From assembly GCF_009914755.1 (NCBI RefSeq), contig NC_060925.1: a stretch of DNA of 64,000 nt. The stretch is one strand, 5' to 3'. The DNA comes from the human T2T-CHM13v2.0 reference genome, Homo sapiens. The position numbers and the translations under genes are program-made. Below are positions 56,026 through 64,000 of the stretch, in pieces. How positions within the stretch are numbered: the first letter of the stretch is position 1; each line of letters begins with the position of its first letter. The notes beneath the pieces were generated by a model, which was given only the letters and a program-made list of their open reading frames with translations, was not told the DNA's origin and made no database searches.

Positions 56026-56678
56026 CCTGCAGTCCATGCTCAGTACGTGCTGGGCGATGACCTTGGGGTCGTTGTTGGTGAACAGTTCTTTTGCACGTTT
56101 CAACATTGCTGTTTCCAGGGGCTTATTCTCAGGGGGAAGGAACTTTGACTCAAACTCGTTGGGCCTGAAGGAGGAGACAGTCTCCAGGAGGGGCGTCACA
56201 AACTCGCCCTTGTCCCACTGCCCCTTCTCCATCTGAGCTGCCGCAGGTTCCCAAGGTCTTTCCCTGTCATCATCATCAAGGATCAAGTAGTTGACGCCAG
56301 AGTTCCGGGGACCTGGCGCCTCATTCTGCTTGGCTGTGAGCAGTTCTGTGTGGCTTCCCTGGGCACATGAGGGTAGCTTTGCTCCCCTGCCGCAGCCTGT
56401 GGCAAACGCTGGGTTCAGTTCACAGTAGTTGGCCTCTGAGTTGAGCCAGGCAGAGGGAGACGAGGGAACCTTGAGGAACGGCACCTTGCAGGGCTTAGGC
56501 GGGGGCTTAGGGCACAGTTGACTGTCTGATCCCCTCAGCGCCTCCCCAGCCCTGGCGTCTGAGGAGACCCTCCGAACCACTGCTGGGCTCAGGGCAGGCT
56601 CGCTTCCCGTCCTGAACACAGGTGAGTTTGGGCAGGGGCTTGTGTCCACACCCGAGGACTGAGGTGGCAGCTTGCAGC
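56026..56678 (-). CDS. BCAR3: BCAR3 large coding exon (GCKLPPQSSGVDTSPCPNSPVFRTGSEP…ENKPLE…HVLSMDCR)
   Basis: cccacag| and AGG|gtaagc; 653 nt, phase 1-0; within track ORF 55603-56649. Confidence 0.96.
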
Positions 56679-57742
56679 CTGTGGGGGATAAGAAAAGGTC
56701 AGAGAAAGCTCATCTGTGTGGAGAATATAAAACAAACAAAACCAGAGTGGCAGCTCCCCAGCCCTCCATTCATGCCCTTGGGCTTCAATTTTCATTTTCA
56801 TTTCCAAAAGAAAATTCAGTGTGACTGTCCCACGCCCAATCTCAGGGAGTCTACAGCATCGTGAGGGCTGGGCTGGGCTTGCCCCATCCCACACTCCTGG
56901 GTGCAAATAGAAATCCCGGGGACTGCTGACACCTGGGCTACAAATGTTGTATGGTCATAGAAGGCTGGGACAGTCAGAATGATAAAATATATGAGCGAGG
57001 AGGGCATGAATAATGTAATCTTGCCCTAAGAAACAGAAGTCGTTAGCCACCTAAAATGCCACTCTCAAAGGGTGGATCCCAGCCAGCTTCCAAAGGAGAG
57101 CTGGAGACAGGGAAGGGAAAAGAGACACTGGGGTAACCTACATGGAGGTAGTTTACGCAGGGGCATTAGGAAAATCCCTTTGTGGTCCCAGGGAAAGTCA
57201 GTTATGAAAATAATGAAAACAACCCCCTGTCTTACTAATGTAACTGCTTAGTAGGTCTCCCCATACCCCATACCTTATCACTCTTCCAGCCTTGGAAGCA
57301 GAATGGAGAGGAAGGGGAGTTGGCCTGGACAGCTGTTCTGCCAAAAGCCCCAGGATCCACCCGCCCACCCGGGAAAAGGGAGTAGGCTCATTTGTCATGA
57401 AGACCACCAGTTTTTAAATGGGCTTGAATCAGAAAACCTGGGTTCAAATGCTGGGTGATTCTGGACAAGTTACTTAACCTATCTGTGCCTCAGTTTCCTC
57501 AGCTGTGAAATGGCAATAATCATGCCTACCCTGAAGGCTTGCTACGAGGCCTAAAAGCTGGCATACGGTGTCTAGCTCAGTGCTTCGCCGCCGGATATAA
57601 TTCTGCAAACCCATTCCCCTCCAGGCTGCAGGCCTGAGGCCTTGTGTCGTTTTCGAATGAGACAACTAGATGGGGCAGGGTAACAGCCTGAAGGAAACCA
57701 GGGTAACACTGACGTTCTCCCTGAAAATTCCCCGAAACATAC

Positions 57743-57846
57743 CAATCGGCAGGTAGCTCTCTGACTGGTGGGCTTTGAGGGACAAGGCTCTTCTGTCCTG
57801 CATGTGATCCAGGCAGGCGGGCTGGCTACCACTCTTTTCTTTGTTT
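57743..57846 (-). CDS. BCAR3: BCAR3 coding exon (NKEKSGSQPACLDHMQDRRALSLKAHQSESYLPIG)
   Basis: acttcag| and |gtatgt; 104 nt, phase 2-1. Confidence 0.95.
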
Positions 57847-58696
57847 CTGAAGTAAAAGACACATAGGATGGAAATGTGTTACTAACGTGTAAAATAAAAC
57901 TTTTAGGCAATGCCATGGGAACTTAAACAAAAACAAAAAAAAAGAAAACTGCTCAGAACGAGAGTGCTACAGCATACCCTAAAAGTAAAGGAATGACCGC
58001 TGGAGAAACAAATTACTGATGGGACGATTAATATATGACTGTGTTGTGTACTCCATCCCCCTGTCCCCATGACCAATGCAGCAGCTGAGTCCTAGGATGC
58101 CTCCTCTGGGCTGTTCCATCCTGTTGAACAGAGTAGGGTAAAAGTTTTACGATACTCCCGGGAAAATCTGATGAACTGGAATGTGTACTTTTAACAGAGC
58201 CTAAAATTACTTACAGGCCCAGAGGGAATGGCTTGCCTAACTAACATGCATTTTCCACATGCTCCATAGTGTTGCAGTTAGGAAGGAAGCTGTGGGGAAA
58301 CTTCCATTTTGGTGCAAATCTCAGCATCCCCCAAATAACCTGCAGGACTGCCTGGGGAGGCTGCCATCCCCAACCTCCTGGCTGCTCTGGGGGGACCCCC
58401 ACACAGCCGCCTCCTGCTGAGCTGGGAAAAGGCACCGGCACGGTCACCAAGCAGCAGTTGGAAGGCACACTGTGTAACCACACAAGGAAAAGGTGGAAGG
58501 TAACTTTCAACACACTCGCTGTTATTCCTTCTGTCCCTTTCCAATTCAGACTGGGAATTTCTCCAGCACCAAGCACCAGAATCTCCCTAGCTAGAGACAG
58601 AGGCACTGCACCAGCCAAGTTGTTATGAACTTTAATTGGCCTTCCCATAAGCATAAAACATTGTTATGTTACAGAAATCACGAAGTTCTTTCCTAC

Positions 58697-58990
58697 CTTT
58701 ACAAGCACCAAAGAAAAAACAAATCAAAAAACCCCCAAACTCCAAGGAACAGAGAAATTCCAGCAACCTTTCGAAGATAAGACAAGACCGAGGGCAAATT
58801 ACAAAAGGAAATATCTCCCGAGAAGTGATATTTAAGCAGTGACCACTGCGGCTGGACTCCAGGGGCCAGACGGCAGGGTGTGGAATGCAACCTGCCTGTG
58901 AGCACACACCTTCGCCCAGGGCAGGCCACCAGCCAGCCAACTAGCAGGCCCGACGTCAGGGCAGGTGGCACCTGGCCAGAGCTGCATAAG
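58697..58990 (-). promoter_or_regulatory. BCAR3: Candidate internal promoter and non-coding first exon of a short BCAR3 isoform
   Basis: Donor AAG|GTAGGA at 58697/58696; ATG-free 58697-58860; TATA-like CTTAAATA near 58830; local CpGs with CRE-like, TEAD, KLF and E-box motifs. Confidence 0.5.
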
Positions 58991-59430
58991 GGAGCCACTG
59001 AAGGACACTGGGGCAGGGCAGCAGGCCATGGGCCATCTTTTCCCCTCCTCCCACTTAAACATTTCTGGGCGTGCTGCCTGTACAAAGTGGTGACAAGTTC
59101 TAGGAGGATCTGCATTCCAAAGGGCAAACAGAAAAGTGGCTCTATTAGGCCTAACTTGTTGACTTAAGAGACTTTCTTAGTCCTTTTTTCATTTCTTATC
59201 TTAAAAAGTTTTTAAACCAGGATCATTCAGGGCCAACTAGGAGGCCTTCCCTGCAGCAGTGGTTCTGTTATCCTGCCGAATACACTCCCACTCTGTGCAT
59301 GACATTAATTCCCTGCTTCGACCATTCAGCAGCCTATCCTTCCCAAAGGAAACAGAAGAAAAGGTACCCCTTCTAACACTGTAAGGCATCTCAAGTCCAA
59401 TCCTATTACTATGAAAAGGAGGATTTCTAA

Positions 59431-60916
<1,486 letters not shown>

Positions 60917-61689
60917 TAATTTTCATATTTTTTGTAGAGACAGGGTTGTGCCATGTTGCCCAAGCTGGTCTTGAACTCTGAAGCTCAGGCAATCTGCCCA
61001 CCTTAGCCTCCCAAAGTGCTGGGATTACAGCTGTGAGCCACTGTGCTGGGTCTGAGTCTGACATTCTACTCTCCTCCAGATAATAATTATCATGAGCACT
61101 TCCCTAGCACCTCCTCTGTGCCTGCACTGTTCTGAGCACTTTGCATATATTAAATCATGTACACCTCACAAGCTCCATCTTTCTAGATGAAGAAGGTGAG
61201 GCCCAGGAAGGTCAAGTCGCTTGCCCATGGTTGAAAAGTTGCCCAGTGTGGAGCCGGCATTTGTGCCTGGCTACTGGGTCCCCAGCCAGATGCTGACTAG
61301 CATGTGCCGGAGCCTCCAGGCAGCACACAGCTGTCATTTACATTCCACACAGAGTCCTGTATTTTCCTCCCTAAGTTTTGCAGTATAGAAATGACACTTT
61401 ATGACATTTCCTCATGGACCCCCCCAAAAAAAAAAAAAACCAGTGAGTAGAATAAAATATGTTGGTTTACGTGCATAAGATTAGAAGCTGGGAGTCGGGT
61501 CAGGGCTGCTGTGTGACTGAGGGGCTGGACTGGATCTATGTCCCCGATGCCTGCCTTTTCCCTCCTTTCCTTTCCCAGTGCTTTTAGATAATATGCACAA
61601 AGACTCTGAGCTCTGTGAAAGACGGGCCCTATACAAATGCAGGCCAACGTCGCTGACATTTGACAGCTGGGTGCTTAGGATCAGTGAGG

Positions 61690-62625
61690 TTTTGAAGCCT
61701 TGATTTTCCACCAAGTGCCCTGAATCTTTCTCTTCCCCCATTCCCTGAGATTCAGACTACAGACCCCATGTTCTCTGCATCTCCTATCTTAGAAATCTCA
61801 TCTGTTCTCACCAAGTGAACCACCCTTTCCAGGTGGACCAAGCCCTAATTTAAGTTTTCAGCTCTAACTCCCCTCCTGGACCCCAAAACTGCTGCTGGAC
61901 TGTGGCACTCAACAAGCCCATAGTCTTCCAGCTCAGATGAAAAAGTGTGTTTTATCCTCCAAAGTCCCCTCCCTCCTGGTCACTCCTGTGGTCTCCAATG
62001 TGCCCTCCTCTGACTCTACCACGTGAAGAAGAGTCCTGGGAGGCCAGGCTCCTACATCTCTTGACTCTCCCTCCACTCCACTCCTGCAGCCGGGGCCCTC
62101 CATGACTCACTAACTGGGTTTCCTGTTCCTGTCTCTCTCCTCGCCCCCGGTACATCACTGTCCATTTCTATTCTTAGGACACCGTGTTCGCTATGCTGAG
62201 TCTGTACAGCTCCCTTAAAGCCCTGCACCTGGCATTAAGGCCCCCATGATCTGGCTGGGGCTATCTCCCTAAGCCCACTGCTACGGGTCCCTTGCACAGA
62301 CCCTTTGTTCCAGCCCTACCAGCACATTCACTTCAAGCTCTTCATACCATTTTCTGTCCCCACACTTATGCCCATGCTATGCCTCCCACCTGGAACACCC
62401 CCAGCCCTTTGCAGCATCTATCCAAATTTCCCCCAGCCATCAGACCAGCCTAAGTCTACCCCCTTCACAAGGTATCCCCATCAGCACCCCCCGAAATTCT
62501 TCCTCAGCTCCTGTACCATTCATTGCTGACACTGCTCAGCTGGGAGCTAATCGTTCACTGCCTCGTGACAGCTATTCTGCGAACAGTCGGCATTCCTATT
62601 AACATCTTTTATTTCTTTGTTCCAT
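61690..62625 (+). mobile_element. L2 relic
   Basis: Pyrimidine-rich decayed L2-like sequence (ctgagattcagact…atctcatctg…taaagccctgcacctggcattaaggcccccatgatctggc). Confidence 0.5.
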
Positions 62626-62703
62626 GATGAATTCTTCACCTGCCTAACTAACCTTGGGCACCCCGGCGCCCCTCATAGTCCTGCAGAGGAGGCCCTGACC
62701 TAC

Positions 62704-63146
62704 CTGAGGAGGTTTCCCCTGGGCAAATTCTGCTCTCGGGCCTGGACGCCACCCATGGTGAGGCTCAGCCTCTTGGCCACATCCGGCCTTCCCTTGGTGA
62801 GGCTGCCCTCCCGGGCCTGGCCTGGGGAGGTGCCATAATGCTCCTCCAGGCACCGCAGAGGCACCGTCCTGTTGATGGGCTGGAAGATGATGGCGCCACT
62901 CTGCTGGGAGATGGGCCGGCGGTTGCCCACGTAGCAGCGCACCAGGCCGGGGATGGAGTCGAAGCTCTCCATCTCGAACTGGTACTGCACGCGGCTGTAG
63001 GCCTCGCTGAGTCGCAGAACTGTCCGGTTGATTTTGAAGTGCTGAGCGAGGTTCTTCCACTGACAGGTCAGGACAAAGTTCCCAGGGCTGGACAGAGAGT
63101 CACGAACTAGGAAGTCACCATCTCGCTGCACAAGGTTTTCAGACAC
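62704..63146 (-). CDS. BCAR3: BCAR3 SH2-domain exon (VSENLVQRDGDFLVRDSLSSPGNFVLTCQWK…RGNLLR)
   Basis: cccaaag| and AG|gtaggt; 443 nt, phase 0-2; SH2 signature GDFLVRDS. Confidence 0.97.
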
Positions 63147-63307
63147 CTTTGGGACAAAAAGGTGAGTGAGGAGTAGGAAAGGCAAATTCACATTCCTTCT
63201 AAAAGCTTATGGCTACCCACTTCTCTGGGCCAACAGAAGACAATGCTACTATGTCTCTTCTTGGGTCAGCTCTTTAGTTTTTCAAAGATCAAATTCATAG
63301 AAGAGCC

Positions 63308-63660
63308 AATCATTCATTCAAGAACTATTCACTGACCACCTACTCGTGCCAAGCACCACTGCAGGCTCAGGGGATGCAGTGGTGACAGTGGCACACAAGA
63401 GCCCACCTTATGGAGCTCCTGTTTTTGGTGGGGAGCTTCTGTTTTAGTGAGGATAAATAACCAGTGGCTATGGTATGTCAGCTGTAAGGTCAGGGAAGAA
63501 GTAAACCAGGAAAGGAGGCAGGAAGTGCCGGGGAGGGGATGAGGGCTGTCCAGTAAAATAGGGTGGTTGGGGAGGTGTCACAAGAACATGACGTTTATAC
63601 AGACCTGAATGATGTAATGAAACAGGAAATAAGAAATGAGAAAATGTGTGCCTGGCAGGC
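63308..63660 (-). mobile_element. L2 3' end
   Basis: cattcattcaagaactattcactgaccacctactcgtgccaagcacc is the reverse complement of the L2 tail. Confidence 0.65.
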
Positions 63661-64000
63661 CTGATTTTCCCTCCCCAACAAGTGGAGTGAAGAGAAAGAA
63701 GGGTATTTGTTGGTGTCTAGAAGTCATCCTAGGGGCCCTCTCCTAAGATGCCCCTCTCCAGGCCTGGCCAGTGGGGAGGAGGAGTCCACATGCAGGACTG
63801 GGGTATAGATTCTGGACACACCAATTACTGGCTAGAAGGCCTAGAACAAAGTCAGGCTGGGGTCCCTCATCTTACAGTTACTATCAGGGTTATGTATTTG
63901 TATACATAACATATGTAAGCACTGGAACACAGTGGATGCTCAAAAATAGTTAACAAGCATGATGCTGCTGCTTACAGCAACTGGAGAATTTATAATGTGG

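Noticed and set aside
55603-56649. 348-aa ORF as a stand-alone gene
   Set aside because: It is the 653-nt BCAR3 exon plus read-through into the intron. The start is an internal GTG, and the tail after DCR is intronic, including the 45-bp duplication.

Overview
Primate (human-like) genomic DNA, rich in Alu and L1, holding the 3' halves of two convergent spliced genes. On the + strand is FNBP1L (TOCA-1; F-BAR, HR1, SH3). It has 12 reconstructed coding segments from 3384 to 26148, including a 159-nt cassette exon, a 15-nt microexon and two alternative C-termini (…KGAVTYI* if the last intron is retained, …KGS* if spliced), with a 3'UTR to about 28390. On the - strand is BCAR3 (SH2, Pro/Ser-rich linker, CDC25-homology domain), with 8 coding exons from 63146 to 35975 and a 3'UTR to about 35480. 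All exon junctions were checked by hand for GT-AG and frame continuity. The rest is intronic or intergenic transposon debris (Alu, L1, HAL1, L2, MLT1, MER). I see no CRISPR, tRNA, rRNA or novel protein-coding system, and almost all other track ORFs are spurious. The best leads are isoform-control features: a 45-bp tandem duplication giving BCAR3 a second in-frame splice donor; a candidate internal BCAR3 promoter for an SH2-less isoform; and an FNBP1L retained intron that couples a PDZ-binding tail to two miR-17-family sites. Several unusual repair and insertion scars are also noted. Repeat subfamily calls come from recalled consensus sequences, not from a search.
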